A stretch of 21,642 nt of DNA from Candidatus Caldarchaeales archaeon (GCA_039630085.1 JBCNVM010000015.1:1-21642), one strand, 5' to 3'. Shown: positions 1 to 10,222, counted from the stretch's first letter. Numbers and translations are program-made. Notes: generated by a model not told the origin, from the letters alone.

Positions 1-1083
1 CCTGACCGCGATCCTGTGGCGGGCGTCGAGGAATTCCGCGAGGTCGTGGGGGTGAACGTCCGAGAGCGTGAACGCGACGAGCCCGCACCTCTCCCTCGGC
101 GACTCGGGTCCAACGACCCTGAGCCTCGGGACATCGGAGAGCCTCTCCATCGCGTACTCGGTCAGCCTCAGCTCGTGCTCCCTAACCTGGGCCATCCCGA
201 ACTCCTCGAGGTATGAGACCGCCTCCCCGAGCCCGACCGCGCCCTCCACGTTCGGAGTCCCGGCCTCGAACTTCCAGGGGACCTCGTTCCACTCGGACCC
301 GTCGAGCCTGACCTCCCTGATCATCTCGCCGCCCCCCTGGTACGGCTCCATCTCCTCGAGGACCTCGAGCCTGCCGTAGAGCGCTCCGATCCCCATCGGA
401 CCGAGCATCTTGTGACCCGAGAAGGCCAGGAAGTCGCATCCGAGCTCCGAGACGTTCACGGGGCCGTGCGGGACGTACTGGGCCGCGTCCACTACCGAGA
501 GCGCCCCGTGCTCCCTCGCGGCCTTCACGAGCTCCCTGACGGGGTTGATCGTCCCGAGGACGTTGGAGGCATAGGTGAACGCGAAGACCTTCGCGCCCCT
601 CAGCTTCGCGTCGAGGAGGTCAAGGGCAAGATGACCGTCATCGGTCACAGGGAGGTAGTCGACCACCGCGCCGGTCAGCGAGGCGACGAGTTGCCAGGGG
701 ACGATGTTGCTGTGGTGCTCCATCTCGGTGAGGAGGACCCTGTCGCCCCTGCGGAGGTTCCTGAGCCCCCACGCGAAGGCCACGAGGTTCAGGGACTCGG
801 TCGTGCCCCTCGTGAAGACCACCTCCCTCCAGCTCCTCGCGCCGACGAACCCGGCCACCTTCCTCCTCGAGGACTCGTAGGCCTCCGTCGCCTCCACGCT
901 CAGCCTGTAGACCCCTCTGTGGACGTTGGCGTTGATCGAGCCGTAGAACCTCTCGATCGCCCGAATGACCCTCTCGGGCTTGTGGGTCGTCGCCGCGTTG
1001 TCGAGGTAGACGAGCCCCTCGTTCGCCGGGTCCCTGAAGATCGGGAAGTCCCTCTTCACCTCCTCCGGGACGAGCCTCCGCAT
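1..1083 (-). CDS. sufS: Cysteine desulfurase, SufS family (PLP-dependent); 3' end lies outside the window
   Basis: Not in the ORF track because it is open at the edge. Manual minus-strand translation from ATG 1083 gives MRRLVPEEVKRDFPIF...VYLDNAATTHKP...ANVHRG...FTRGTTESLN...EMEHHSNIVPWQ...DAAQYVPH...SGHKMLGPMGIG, all SufS motifs including the PLP lysine. An alternative in-frame ATG lies at 1104. Confidence 0.93.
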   Translation of the reverse strand, partial: MRRLVPEEVKRDFPIFRDPANEGLVYLDNAATTHKPERVIRAIERFYGSINANVHRGVYRLSVEATEAYESSRRKVAGFVGARSWREVVFTRGTTESLNLVAFAWGLRNLRRGDRVLLTEMEHHSNIVPWQLVASLTGAVVDYLPVTDDGHLALDLLDAKLRGAKVFAFTYASNVLGTINPVRELVKAAREHGALSVVDAAQYVPHGPVNVSELGCDFLAFSGHKMLGPMGIGALYGRLEVLEEMEPYQGGGEMIREVRLDGSEWNEVPWKFEAGTPNVEGAVGLGEAVSYLEEFGMAQVREHELRLTEYAMERLSDVPRLRVVGPESPRERCGLVAFTLSDVHPHDLAEFLDARHRIAVR

Positions 1084-1138
1084 CGGCCGTTCCTCTGGGA
1101 CCATCTCCCCCGGATCCATTATGTCTTTTGCGTCGACG

Positions 1139-1822
1139 CTATCTCCGCGTCCCGAAGGGCCACCTCTCCCTCCGGTAGGCCGCGTCCCAGAACATCCACT
1201 CGTAGACCGTCGAAGTCCTGAAGTGGAGCTTGACCCGCTCTAGCGCCCCTCCCTCGAGCCCGGAGAAGTGCCTCTCGGAGAGCTCCACGACCGAGGCCAC
1301 CACCCCCTCGTACTCAGGGGAGGAGTACGTGTCGATCCAGCGCCTGTAGGCAGGCACCGGCGAGCCCCTCCTCACCAGCTCCCTCCCGACCTCGAAGTAG
1401 ACCCAGAAGCACGGCAGGACCGCCGCGAGCCCCTCCTCGAAGGGCCTCAGCGCCGCGACCGAGAGCAGGTAGCTTGTGTAGGCGAAGTTGGTCGGGTTCA
1501 TCTCAGCCCTGAGCACCTCGTCCCAGCCCATCCCCCACTCGGAGGCCAGGTACTCGTGGAGGGAGGCCCTCTCCACCGAGAGCGCTCCCTTCGCGTTCTC
1601 CAAAAGGGTCACGGCGGAGTCGTCGTCGGGCGCCTTCGTCCCGACGGTCGCGACCGCCCTCGCGAAGGCGCTGAGGTAGAGCGCGTCCTGGACGACGTAC
1701 TCCCTGAAGACCTCGATGTCGAGGGACCCGTCGGTGAGGCCCCTGACGAAGGGGTGGGAGAGTATCGCGGCGTAGACGTCGCTCACGTGGTCCCAGAGGA
1801 CTTCCCGGACCCTCAAGGGCAC
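1139..1822 (-). CDS. tenA: TenA thiaminase II / aminopyrimidine aminohydrolase (Cys-type, TenA_C)
   Basis: Motifs HPFV..L.DGSL, YVVQDALYL, YTSYL, AVLPCFWVY (catalytic Cys), Y.RWIDTYSS and EWMFW. Start moved to GTG 1822 (about 227 aa), with a TATA-like CTATATC about 26 nt upstream. Confidence 0.9.
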   Translation of the reverse strand: MPLRVREVLWDHVSDVYAAILSHPFVRGLTDGSLDIEVFREYVVQDALYLSAFARAVATVGTKAPDDDSAVTLLENAKGALSVERASLHEYLASEWGMGWDEVLRAEMNPTNFAYTSYLLSVAALRPFEEGLAAVLPCFWVYFEVGRELVRRGSPVPAYRRWIDTYSSPEYEGVVASVVELSERHFSGLEGGALERVKLHFRTSTVYEWMFWDAAYRRERWPFGTRR

Positions 1823-1973
1823 CCGGCCGGCAGGCGGGCCCGCGGGCGGATATAGCTGTCGTGCCGGCTCGGCGATCGTCGTGTGGTAGGAGGCGCGGGG
1901 GTTCCGCCTGCCCGGGAGCGGCAGACCTCTCGACGACCGCACGCTTAAATGACCCGGCCCAACCCATCGTGCC

Positions 1974-3467
1974 GTGGGTTTTCCCAAGGGCTTCCTGTGG
2001 GGGGTCTCCTCGAGCGGGTTCCAGTTCGAGATGGGCGGACCCGAGGGCCTCGACAGCGGGACCGACTGGTTCGCGTGGGTCCACGACGCGCGGAACGTGG
2101 AGCGCGGGGTGGTCAGCGGCGACCTTCCCGAGGAAGGCCCCGACTACTGGAACAGGTTCAGGGAGGACCACCGGCTGGCCGAGAGACTCGGGCTGAACTC
2201 GATCAGGATAGGCGTCGAGTGGAGCAGGGTCTTCCCTCGTCCCACCAGGGAGATAAGGGTCGACGTCGAGAGGAACGAGTTCGGCAGGATCTCGGAGGTC
2301 TGGGCGGAGGAGAGCGTGATCGACAGGCTCGACGGGGTCGCGAACGTCAGGGCCCTGAACCGCTACAGGGAGATCCTGAGCGACATCGCCTCCAGGGGGA
2401 TCAGGCCCGTGGTCTGCCTGAACCACTTCACGCTCCCCCTCTGGGTCCACGACCCGCTGGCCGTCCGAGCCTCGAAGGGTAGGAGGGGCCCTCGGGGATG
2501 GCTCGACGAGGAGACGGTGGTCGAGTTCTGGAAGTTCGCGGCCTACGTGGCCTCGAAGCTGGGAGACCTCGTGGACCGCTGGGCGACCCTCAACGAGCCG
2601 AGCGTCGTCGCCGAGGCCGGTTACCTGTTCCCGGAGTGGGGCTTCCCGCCTGGACTGAGCGACTTCAGGCTCTTCCGGAGGTGCCTCGCGAACATGGCCG
2701 TGGCCCACGCGAGGGCCTACGACGCGGTCAAGCGGTTCGACTCCGCGAAGGCCGAGGAGGAGACCACGGTCGGGATGATAGTCAACGTAGTTCCCATGGA
2801 GCCGCTCGACGAGAGGAGGGACGGGCCCGCGGCCGAGCTGGCAAGCCACATCCACAACGCCTTCCTCCTCGAGGCCGCCGCGACCGGATGGATCGACGAG
2901 AACCTGAACCTCAGGGCGGACCGCCGCGAGACGGACAGGAGCGTGGGTCAGCGGCTCGACTGGATAGGAGTCAACTACTACTCGCGCAACGTGGTCAGGG
3001 GGAAGCGTTCCCTGCTCGCGAGGATCGCCATGGGGCTGCCGATGGTCCCAGAGACCGTGGAGGGGTACGGCAACAGCTGCAGGCCCAACAGCTCCTCGGC
3101 GGCGGGCCTTCCGACTTCGGACTTCGGGTGGGAGGTCTACCCTCAGGGGCTCGGGAAGGCGCTGAGGCTGGTCGCGAGGTATGGAAAGCCCCTCTACGTC
3201 ACCGAGAACGGAATAGCGGACTCGGAGGACAGGCTGAGGCCGAGGTTCATCGAGGAACACATTGAGGTCGTGAGGAAGGCGGTCGAGGAGGAGGGGCTCG
3301 ACGTCAGGGGATACTTCCACTGGGCCCTGATAGACAACTACGAGTGGGCGAAGGGCTTCAGGATGAAGTTCGGCCTCTGCGGCGTGGACCCGAGGACGAA
3401 GGAGAGGAGGCCGAGGGGGAGCTTCGAGACCTACCGGATGATCATCGAGGCCGGCGGACCCCCCTGA
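1974..3467 (+). CDS. Glycoside hydrolase family 1 beta-glycosidase (archaeal LacS/CelB-like beta-galactosidase/glucosidase)
   Basis: FPKGFLWGVSSSGFQFEMG N-terminus, TLNEP acid/base, IGVNYY, LYVTENG nucleophile and GYFHWALIDNYEWAKGF. Confidence 0.95.
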   Translation: MGFPKGFLWGVSSSGFQFEMGGPEGLDSGTDWFAWVHDARNVERGVVSGDLPEEGPDYWNRFREDHRLAERLGLNSIRIGVEWSRVFPRPTREIRVDVERNEFGRISEVWAEESVIDRLDGVANVRALNRYREILSDIASRGIRPVVCLNHFTLPLWVHDPLAVRASKGRRGPRGWLDEETVVEFWKFAAYVASKLGDLVDRWATLNEPSVVAEAGYLFPEWGFPPGLSDFRLFRRCLANMAVAHARAYDAVKRFDSAKAEEETTVGMIVNVVPMEPLDERRDGPAAELASHIHNAFLLEAAATGWIDENLNLRADRRETDRSVGQRLDWIGVNYYSRNVVRGKRSLLARIAMGLPMVPETVEGYGNSCRPNSSSAAGLPTSDFGWEVYPQGLGKALRLVARYGKPLYVTENGIADSEDRLRPRFIEEHIEVVRKAVEEEGLDVRGYFHWALIDNYEWAKGFRMKFGLCGVDPRTKERRPRGSFETYRMIIEAGGPP

Positions 3468-4740
3468 GCTCTTCGGCCCTGCGCCTCATCTCGCTCCTCA
3501 GCCTCGCTATGTCCTCCCTGATGACGAAGACCAGAACGGTGAACAGGACCCCGCACACGACCCACGTCGATGCTGAGACGTACAGTATTCCTGGGCCGAG
3601 ACCATACATGTCAGCGAGGAGTCCTGCGATCAGCGGAGCGGTTGAGGAGCCGGCCGTCTCGAAGACCCTTAGCAGGGAGTCCGCAGAGCTCCGCGCCTCC
3701 GGCTCGACGAAGTCGGTGATCGACGCGGAGACGTTGGGGCCCGCCATGGGTATCACGAAACAGGTCAAACAGCCCACGGCGATGAAGCCCACGACGTCCT
3801 CCCGGGGCCACGTTATCGTCAGATAGATGAGCAGAGCCGAGAGGAACACGACGACCGCTCCCAGAAGGGCCCTTCCGCTGACATTCCTCGAGAAGAGGAG
3901 GTCGCCGATGCCTCCGCCGACGAAGTTGCCGACGATCATGGTCGTGAGCCACACGAACATCACGGTCATGGCCTCGAACTCCCCGAAGCCCCTCTCCAGG
4001 ATGAGGTACGTGAAGGCCCAGGCTGAGAGGGCCTGCCACGGGAAGACGCCGAAGAAGCCCTGGAGGCTGATGAACAGCATCGAGGGCCTCTTCAGCAGGC
4101 CGAAGACCTGAACGAACCTCAACCTGTAGACCTCCTCCCTCAGCTCGAGGCCCGAGAGCTCTGGCTCCGAGCTCCCCCGCGGGACGTCCCTGACGACGAC
4201 GTAGACGACGGCCGCCATCAGCACGCCCAGGCCGCCCGTCACCAGGAAGAGCTGGCGCCATCCGAAGGCGTAGCCCACTTGGACGCCGACCAGCGTTCCG
4301 AGCAGCGCGCCGAAGGCCCCCGCGGCGCTTATCAGGCCGAAGGGCTTCCCCCTCTTCTCCGGCGGGAAGTAGTCGCTGAGGAGGCTGTGGATGCCTGCCG
4401 GCGGCGTGTTGTCGATCCCCGTCAGGGCCCTCGCCGCGAGGAACCCCGCGAACGTCCTCGGGACCGTGCTGAGCATGGTGGTCAGGCCCCACAGGATGCC
4501 CGTCAGGCTCGTCAGAAGACGCCGCGAGTACCTGTCGAAGAGGTACCCCCAGACCGGATAGAAAGCCACGGAGAGGACGGTCGTTGCGGTGAAGACGGCT
4601 CCCGCGAGGGCGTAGGTCACCTGGAACTCCTCGATTATCTGAGGAAGGACCACCGACATCACGTAGATGTCCGTCTGGTGGAAGGACCTGAAGAGGAAGA
4701 GGACTGCGGCCACTAGCCAGGCGTACTTCAGCGACTTCAC
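3442..4740 (-). CDS. MFS transporter, probably for sugars/glycosides
   Basis: 432 aa, about 12 hydrophobic segments, MFS motif A variant GYLFDRYSRR and SDYFPPEKRG. It starts 15 nt downstream of the GH4 gene. Confidence 0.88.
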   Translation of the reverse strand: MKSLKYAWLVAAVLFLFRSFHQTDIYVMSVVLPQIIEEFQVTYALAGAVFTATTVLSVAFYPVWGYLFDRYSRRLLTSLTGILWGLTTMLSTVPRTFAGFLAARALTGIDNTPPAGIHSLLSDYFPPEKRGKPFGLISAAGAFGALLGTLVGVQVGYAFGWRQLFLVTGGLGVLMAAVVYVVVRDVPRGSSEPELSGLELREEVYRLRFVQVFGLLKRPSMLFISLQGFFGVFPWQALSAWAFTYLILERGFGEFEAMTVMFVWLTTMIVGNFVGGGIGDLLFSRNVSGRALLGAVVVFLSALLIYLTITWPREDVVGFIAVGCLTCFVIPMAGPNVSASITDFVEPEARSSADSLLRVFETAGSSTAPLIAGLLADMYGLGPGILYVSASTWVVCGVLFTVLVFVIREDIARLRSEMRRRAEELRGVRRPR

Positions 4741-4755
4741 GGCGCGCAGGTGGTC

Positions 4756-6126
4756 TCACCTATAGTGCTGGAGGGCCGACTCGTTCCACGGCTGCCTCAA
4801 GGTCTCCTCTATTACGCCCACGGCCTGCTCGAAGGACCTCGTCCTATGGTCCTCGGCGGTCATCAGGACGAGGGACTTCCTGTCTCCTTCGAGGAAGGCC
4901 TGCAGTACCTGCTCCATCCTCAGCATCCGGGGGATCATGTTGAACAGCATTATTCTCTTGGGCAGGCTGCCGACGTGGACGCCCCGTATTCCGGTTCCGT
5001 CGACGATCGCGGGAACCTCCACGACGACGTCGTCGGGAATGCCCGAGATGATGCCGTTGTTGGGGATGTTGAGCTGCAGGGTGGTCTGCTGGTCGTTCAC
5101 GAGGGCGTTTATGAGCGGGATGTGCTGTTCTCCGCTGAGCTCCGGTCGGTAGACCTCCGTCAGCTTGATCGAAGGGTCGTCTGCGAGCTGCCTCAAAAGT
5201 TCCAGCACATGCCTCAGGAAGTCCAAGTAATAGCTCCAGCCGATCTCCGAGTCGAACCCGCCCATCGGCCCCAGCCATCTCCTCTTGGTCTCGAGGTCCT
5301 CGTGGAACCACCAGGGCGAAGCGCTCCTAACCGTGTCGCCGATGGGGAACAGCCCGTAAAGCCTGTACATCTCAACGGCCGCGGGGGAAAGCTGCTCCGT
5401 GATCCACGGAGGACCGTTGAGGTATTCATCGCTCTTCCAATAGCTGGGCGCTTCCCTCTCTATCCACTCGTCGAGCATGGGGTACGCGTTCTGGCCCCTG
5501 TAGAGGAAGTCCTTGAGCCAGATGTTGTGGTTGAACCCGGCCATGACGGCCCGTACGTCCTTCTCGTCCATCCTCAGGGCCCTGATTATCTCCTTCAGGC
5601 CTAAGTGACCGTGGCAAATGCCAACCACCTTCACCTTCGTCTCCCTGTGGATGAGAGTCGTACCCTCAAAGACTGGGTTGGCGGCCTGAAGCAACCACGC
5701 GTCGGGACAGTACCGCTCTATGTCGTACGCGAGCTCCAGGAAGAACTTCAACTGGTGGTAGGCTCCTATTCCGCCGTAGTAGTCGCAAACCCTGTCGCCG
5801 ATGCCCCTGTAGTAGCCGTACTTCTCCGCGATCCTCCTCTCCTCCTCCATCGGGTCATAACCACCGACCTTCACAGTGTTGATGACGAACTCAGCGCCCT
5901 CGAGCGCCTCCCTCCGGTCCATCGTCTTCCGGAACTTTATCTCGGCCCTCATCTCCTCCGCGTACCTGACGGCCAATCGGTACATCGTCTCCAGACGACC
6001 GCGGTCGATGTCCATCAGGTTAACGATGCTCCCTCGCAGTCCCTCCGTGAGGCAGAGGTCGACCACAAGCCTTCCCGTGAAGACGACGCTTCCGGCCCCG
6101 ATGATCGAGATGACGGTGGACCTCAC
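4756..6126 (-). CDS. Glycoside hydrolase family 4 (NAD+/Mn2+-dependent alpha-glucosidase/galactosidase/glucuronidase)
   Basis: IIGAGSVVF Rossmann motif, LMDID, AANP, GICHG (metal Cys), AGFNH, PIGDTVR and SGEQHIP. Confidence 0.93.
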   Translation of the reverse strand: MRSTVISIIGAGSVVFTGRLVVDLCLTEGLRGSIVNLMDIDRGRLETMYRLAVRYAEEMRAEIKFRKTMDRREALEGAEFVINTVKVGGYDPMEEERRIAEKYGYYRGIGDRVCDYYGGIGAYHQLKFFLELAYDIERYCPDAWLLQAANPVFEGTTLIHRETKVKVVGICHGHLGLKEIIRALRMDEKDVRAVMAGFNHNIWLKDFLYRGQNAYPMLDEWIEREAPSYWKSDEYLNGPPWITEQLSPAAVEMYRLYGLFPIGDTVRSASPWWFHEDLETKRRWLGPMGGFDSEIGWSYYLDFLRHVLELLRQLADDPSIKLTEVYRPELSGEQHIPLINALVNDQQTTLQLNIPNNGIISGIPDDVVVEVPAIVDGTGIRGVHVGSLPKRIMLFNMIPRMLRMEQVLQAFLEGDRKSLVLMTAEDHRTRSFEQAVGVIEETLRQPWNESALQHYR

Positions 6127-6296
6127 GATGTATAATCCTGTCGGCTTGATATAAGATTTTGATGGCGTTGGGGAGCGTCGTTTAAAGAGAGAACGGACGT
6201 CTAGCGTCGTGGCTTACGTCAGTAAGGGACTACTTTTTCAACCAGCTCGAGTTCTTTCGAGATAGATTTTTATGAATCAAGGGTAACTCACTTTGA

Positions 6297-6992
6297 ATGC
6301 GTCGCGTCGGTCTGATCGTCCCCTCTTCGAACACTACGATGGAGAGTGAGTTCTGGGAGACGCTACGAGGGCTCGCCTCTGTCCATACCGCGCGAGTTCT
6401 CCTCGAGCACGTAAGCGTGACAGAGTTGGAGGCGATGGAGGACGAGGCCTTGCGGGAAGCGCGTAAGCTGGCGACCACGGAGGTGGACCTCATCGTGTAT
6501 GGATGTACGAGCGGCAGCTTCGTGAGGGGAGGGAAACAGTACCTCGAGATCGAGGAAAGGATCGAGGAGGCGACTGGCATCCCGTGCGTTACGACTTCGG
6601 GGGCGGTCGTTCGGGCGCTGGGAAAAATCGGCGCGAAGAGAGTCTCCCTCATCACCCCTTACATACGAGAGATCACAGAGATCGAGAAGTCGTTCCTGAA
6701 GGCTAACGGCTTCGACGTCTCCTCAGCCTACTACGCCTCCATCGTTAAGAACACCGAGATAGGACGGATTCCTGACGAAAAGGTGGTCGAGTGGGCGGTG
6801 CCCAACGTCTCGCCGGAGTCCGATGCCGTCTTCATCAGCTGCACGAACCTCAGAACGTTCAAGGCCCTGAAGACCGTAGAACAGAAGACGGGGAAGCCGG
6901 CCGTCTCGAGCAACTCCGCGACCCTCTGGAACGTCCTACGGGCACTAAGGCTTCAGGAGAGCTTGCCGCATCTGGGCAGACTTCTGACCTGA
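6297..6992 (+). CDS. Asp/Glu racemase superfamily protein (maleate cis-trans isomerase / arylmalonate decarboxylase / EutA-like)
   Basis: RVGLIVPSSNTTME, two catalytic Cys motifs YGCTSGS and FISCTN, ITPY, and GKPAVSSN. Confidence 0.88.
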   Translation: MRRVGLIVPSSNTTMESEFWETLRGLASVHTARVLLEHVSVTELEAMEDEALREARKLATTEVDLIVYGCTSGSFVRGGKQYLEIEERIEEATGIPCVTTSGAVVRALGKIGAKRVSLITPYIREITEIEKSFLKANGFDVSSAYYASIVKNTEIGRIPDEKVVEWAVPNVSPESDAVFISCTNLRTFKALKTVEQKTGKPAVSSNSATLWNVLRALRLQESLPHLGRLLT

Positions 6993-7076
6993 CGTGCGTG
7001 CCGTCCTCCGAGGTGAGCCACGTGAGGCGTGTGAAAATTATTAGCAGCCGTTCGATGTGTTCTAATTGAGGGTGTT

Positions 7077-8012
7077 ATGTTTACTTTCGTCCGTGAGAGG
7101 CTGGCCGGTTTTCTGGGCGTCACTGCAGTTGTTGTATTATTACCGTTCCTCTTGAATGAGTATCAGCTGCATGTCGCTGTTGTCTCCATGTACTACGTCA
7201 TGCTGGCGTCGGCATGGAACTTCCTAGCCGGCCGCGCGGGCATCTTCAGCCTCGGAATACACGCTGTGGCGGGATTAGCGGCGTACACGTCAGCACTCGC
7301 GGTAACTTACTTCGGACTGCCGTTTGTAGTTACTATGTCGATGGGAGTCGCAGTCGCTGTCGTCGTGAGTTTCTTCCTCGCGGCGCTAACGCTCAGAATG
7401 AGGACGATTTACCTCGCTCTGACGACGTGGGCGTTCGCAGAGATATCCAGGCTGGTCATAGCGGCCGAATATCAGATAACGAGGGGTGACCTCGGACTGC
7501 AGACGCCGACGCTCTTCGGCATCAGGTTCCTCCTCCCCTATTACTACCTCTTCCTCGCTGCCGCTGCATCGACTTTGATCGCGCTCTACTGGATCAGCAC
7601 GACGAAGGCCGGGTTCTTCATCTGGGCCGTCGGGCAGGACCCGATACTCAGCTCCGCCTGCGGCATAGACGTCTACAAGTGGCGCATCGTTGCGACCATG
7701 ATCAGCGGCGCGGTCGCGGGTGTGGCTGGCGTCCTCTTCGGACACTACGTCGGAGTTCTCGCCCCATCGATCCTCGGGTTCCACGAGATGGCCACGGTGA
7801 TAATGATGGCCATAGTTGGGGGATACGGTACCCTAATAGGGCCGGTCTTGGGAGCCGTCGTAGTTGAGTCATTAATGGAGGGCTTCAGGATTTATAAGGA
7901 GTGGAGGCTCGTCGCCTTCGCATTGAGCGTGATCGTCCTCGTGAGGTTCTACAGGGACGGAATCGTCGGCCTGCTGAAGAGGTTCGAACCTCTAAAGAAC
8001 TTCGTCTTCTAA
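7077..8012 (+). CDS. livM: Branched-chain amino acid (HAAT) ABC transporter permease, LivM type
   Basis: Hydrophobic protein with WNFLAGRAGIFSLG, LRMRTIYLALTT, ITRGDLG and IVGGYGTLIGPVLGA. Confidence 0.85.
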   Translation: MFTFVRERLAGFLGVTAVVVLLPFLLNEYQLHVAVVSMYYVMLASAWNFLAGRAGIFSLGIHAVAGLAAYTSALAVTYFGLPFVVTMSMGVAVAVVVSFFLAALTLRMRTIYLALTTWAFAEISRLVIAAEYQITRGDLGLQTPTLFGIRFLLPYYYLFLAAAASTLIALYWISTTKAGFFIWAVGQDPILSSACGIDVYKWRIVATMISGAVAGVAGVLFGHYVGVLAPSILGFHEMATVIMMAIVGGYGTLIGPVLGAVVVESLMEGFRIYKEWRLVAFALSVIVLVRFYRDGIVGLLKRFEPLKNFVF

Positions 8013-8896
8013 ACCTCCCTCTCGGCCTTTCCGAAGAGCCCTAGAGGCCTAACTAGGAGAATAAGGATCAGGAGGAGGAAGCCGTAAACCTCTCTGTAGC
8101 GAGGGTCGATGAGAGCTGTTCCCAGCGACTCCGCGAGCCCTAGCAGGATTCCACTCACCAGACTCCCGACCAAAGAGCCTAGCCCTCCAATGACGAGTAT
8201 CACGAATCCCTTAATCGCCGGTACCACACCGCTCTCGGGGTAGACGAGGAACACGGGTGCCAACATCACGCCTGCGACGCCGGCCAGCGTCACGCCGATC
8301 CCGAAGGCGTAGTTATCGATCCTCCAGATGTCGACTCCCAACGTCTGGGACGCGAACCTGTGCTGGGCCGTCGCCCGCAGCGCCATCCCCACCCACGTGT
8401 ATTTCAGCATCGCGAAGAAGAGGACTATCGCCGCAATGGCGACGATCGCAGCAGCGAGTCTATTCCCGCTCACAATGACGCCGCTAACGGTGAAGCTCGG
8501 CAGGTAGTCTGGGACTTTGTATATGTATGGACCGGCGAACACGACAACTAGATTCTTCAACAGCACCGAGATAGCTATCGTCACGATCACGATGTATTCG
8601 TCCCTCCTCTCGCCGATCGTCGTGAACGTTGGTTTCAGGACGAAGCGCTGCGTGAGAAGACCGACCAAGAAAATTACCGCGAGGCTCAGAGGAACAGAGG
8701 CGAGCCAAAGGCTGGGGCCGAGCAGCGCCACGAAGACGAGCTGGACGTAGCCCGCGATCATGAAGAATTCGCCCATCGACCAGTTGATCATCCTCATAAC
8801 ACCGTAGATGAAGCTGATCCCCAGGCCCATTAACGCGTAGAGCACTCCCAGCATCAGCCCTGAGATCACGAACTCCAAAAAGACAGGGCTGATCAA
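8009..8896 (-). CDS. livH: HAAT ABC transporter permease, LivH type
   Basis: SGLMLGVLYALMGLGISFIYGVMRMINWSMGEF, GMALRATAQ and VIGGLGSLVG. Start moved to TTG 8896, just downstream of the binding-protein stop. Confidence 0.87.
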   Translation of the reverse strand: MISPVFLEFVISGLMLGVLYALMGLGISFIYGVMRMINWSMGEFFMIAGYVQLVFVALLGPSLWLASVPLSLAVIFLVGLLTQRFVLKPTFTTIGERRDEYIVIVTIAISVLLKNLVVVFAGPYIYKVPDYLPSFTVSGVIVSGNRLAAAIVAIAAIVLFFAMLKYTWVGMALRATAQHRFASQTLGVDIWRIDNYAFGIGVTLAGVAGVMLAPVFLVYPESGVVPAIKGFVILVIGGLGSLVGSLVSGILLGLAESLGTALIDPRYREVYGFLLLILILLVRPLGLFGKAEREV

Positions 8897-8907
8897 ATCG
8901 CGCGCCT

Positions 8908-10113
8908 TTACTTCGCGAGCTCCTTCGGGAAAAGGATGGGAGCGTCGGCGAGCTTCTGTCTCGCGGCGGTCCATTGTGCGATGTGCAGGGAAGGAACGGA
9001 GACGTGCTGCCATTCAGGGCCTGGGGTCTGCCGGAACTTCACCTTCCCGACCCAGTAGTCGAACTCGTGGGCTAGGAGGGCTTGCCTGATCTTATCGGGG
9101 TCGGACGAGCCGGCCTTCTGAATCGCTTGAACGAGGACGTAGATGTTACCGAACCCTTGGAGGTCCGCATAGACGGGGTCCTCGTTGAACTTCTGCCTGT
9201 ACCTCTGGAAGAACTTCTGGCCCATCTCCGTCATGGGGATCTTCGGGTGATAGGTCCCGACCCAGACGAGCCCCGCACCCCTCTCGCCGACGTTGTCCCA
9301 GAATTCGGGCCTCGTCGGCCAGTCGAAGGATGCGGCCATCTGAACTTTGGGGAGCAGACCTACTTCGTGGGCCTGGTTTACCATTAAGAACGCCGGCGCG
9401 CCGACGCCAATGTTGATGATCAAGTCGGGGTTGAACTCCTTGACCTTGAGGAGCTCTGGCGTGAGGTCCTTAGTCGTCCTGTCGAAAACAATCTCGAAGA
9501 ACGCGGGCGAATACTGGTAAAGTTGCATCTTGCTCTTAAGGTTCCTGATGTAGCCGAGGCCGAAGTCTGTGTTCTCAGCTACAGCGGCAACCCTCTTGAA
9601 GCCCTTCTCCTTGGCCCACCTCACCAGTATGTCGGTGCGGTCTAAGTCGGTGACGTGAATCCTGAACGTCCAGGTCCTCCCCTTCTCGGTTATCGCGACT
9701 GCTGACGGATGCGGGAAGAGGCAAACGACCTTGTTCTCCTCACAGACCTCCTGAACCTGGAGCGCAACGGAGCTGTGGTACTGACCTCCTATTGCAACCA
9801 CCTTGTCTGACGCTATGAGCTTCCTGGCAGCCGCGACGCCCTTCTCAGGCGTTCCGGCGTCGTCCTCGACGATGAGCTCGATCTTGCGGCCGAGGACGCC
9901 TCCCTGCTCGTTGAAGATCTCGACCGCGATTTCCGCCCCCCTCTTCAGCCTCGTGCCCGCGCTGACGTCACCCGGCGGTGAAAGCGGGGTGATGAACCCA
10001 ATCTTGATCGGTTCCGCCGGAGCCGTCGCCCTCGGAAGGAACGATGCCGCCGCGATCGCGACCGCGACGACCAGAACTATAGCAACTAGAACTACCGCGT
10101 TTCTTCTTTTCAT
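8908..10113 (-). CDS. HAAT ABC transporter substrate-binding protein, LivJ/K type
   Basis: Basic-then-hydrophobic N-terminal signal/anchor, IKIGFITPLS, NEQGGVLGRKIELIVEDD and SSVA. Confidence 0.88.
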   Translation of the reverse strand: MKRRNAVVLVAIVLVVAVAIAAASFLPRATAPAEPIKIGFITPLSPPGDVSAGTRLKRGAEIAVEIFNEQGGVLGRKIELIVEDDAGTPEKGVAAARKLIASDKVVAIGGQYHSSVALQVQEVCEENKVVCLFPHPSAVAITEKGRTWTFRIHVTDLDRTDILVRWAKEKGFKRVAAVAENTDFGLGYIRNLKSKMQLYQYSPAFFEIVFDRTTKDLTPELLKVKEFNPDLIINIGVGAPAFLMVNQAHEVGLLPKVQMAASFDWPTRPEFWDNVGERGAGLVWVGTYHPKIPMTEMGQKFFQRYRQKFNEDPVYADLQGFGNIYVLVQAIQKAGSSDPDKIRQALLAHEFDYWVGKVKFRQTPGPEWQHVSVPSLHIAQWTAARQKLADAPILFPKELAK

Positions 10114-10222
10114 AGCACCTAATTTAGTTCTTATACTCGTATATAACGCTTAACACACGTTTTCATCAAGTGTCATGATCCATGATGACCAGAGGAGACG
10201 GTAAGGGACGAAGGTAAACGCT

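Noticed and set aside
1823-1973. TPP riboswitch upstream of tenA
   Set aside because: The conserved CUGAGA and GAACCUGA/UAAU elements are absent on both strands.
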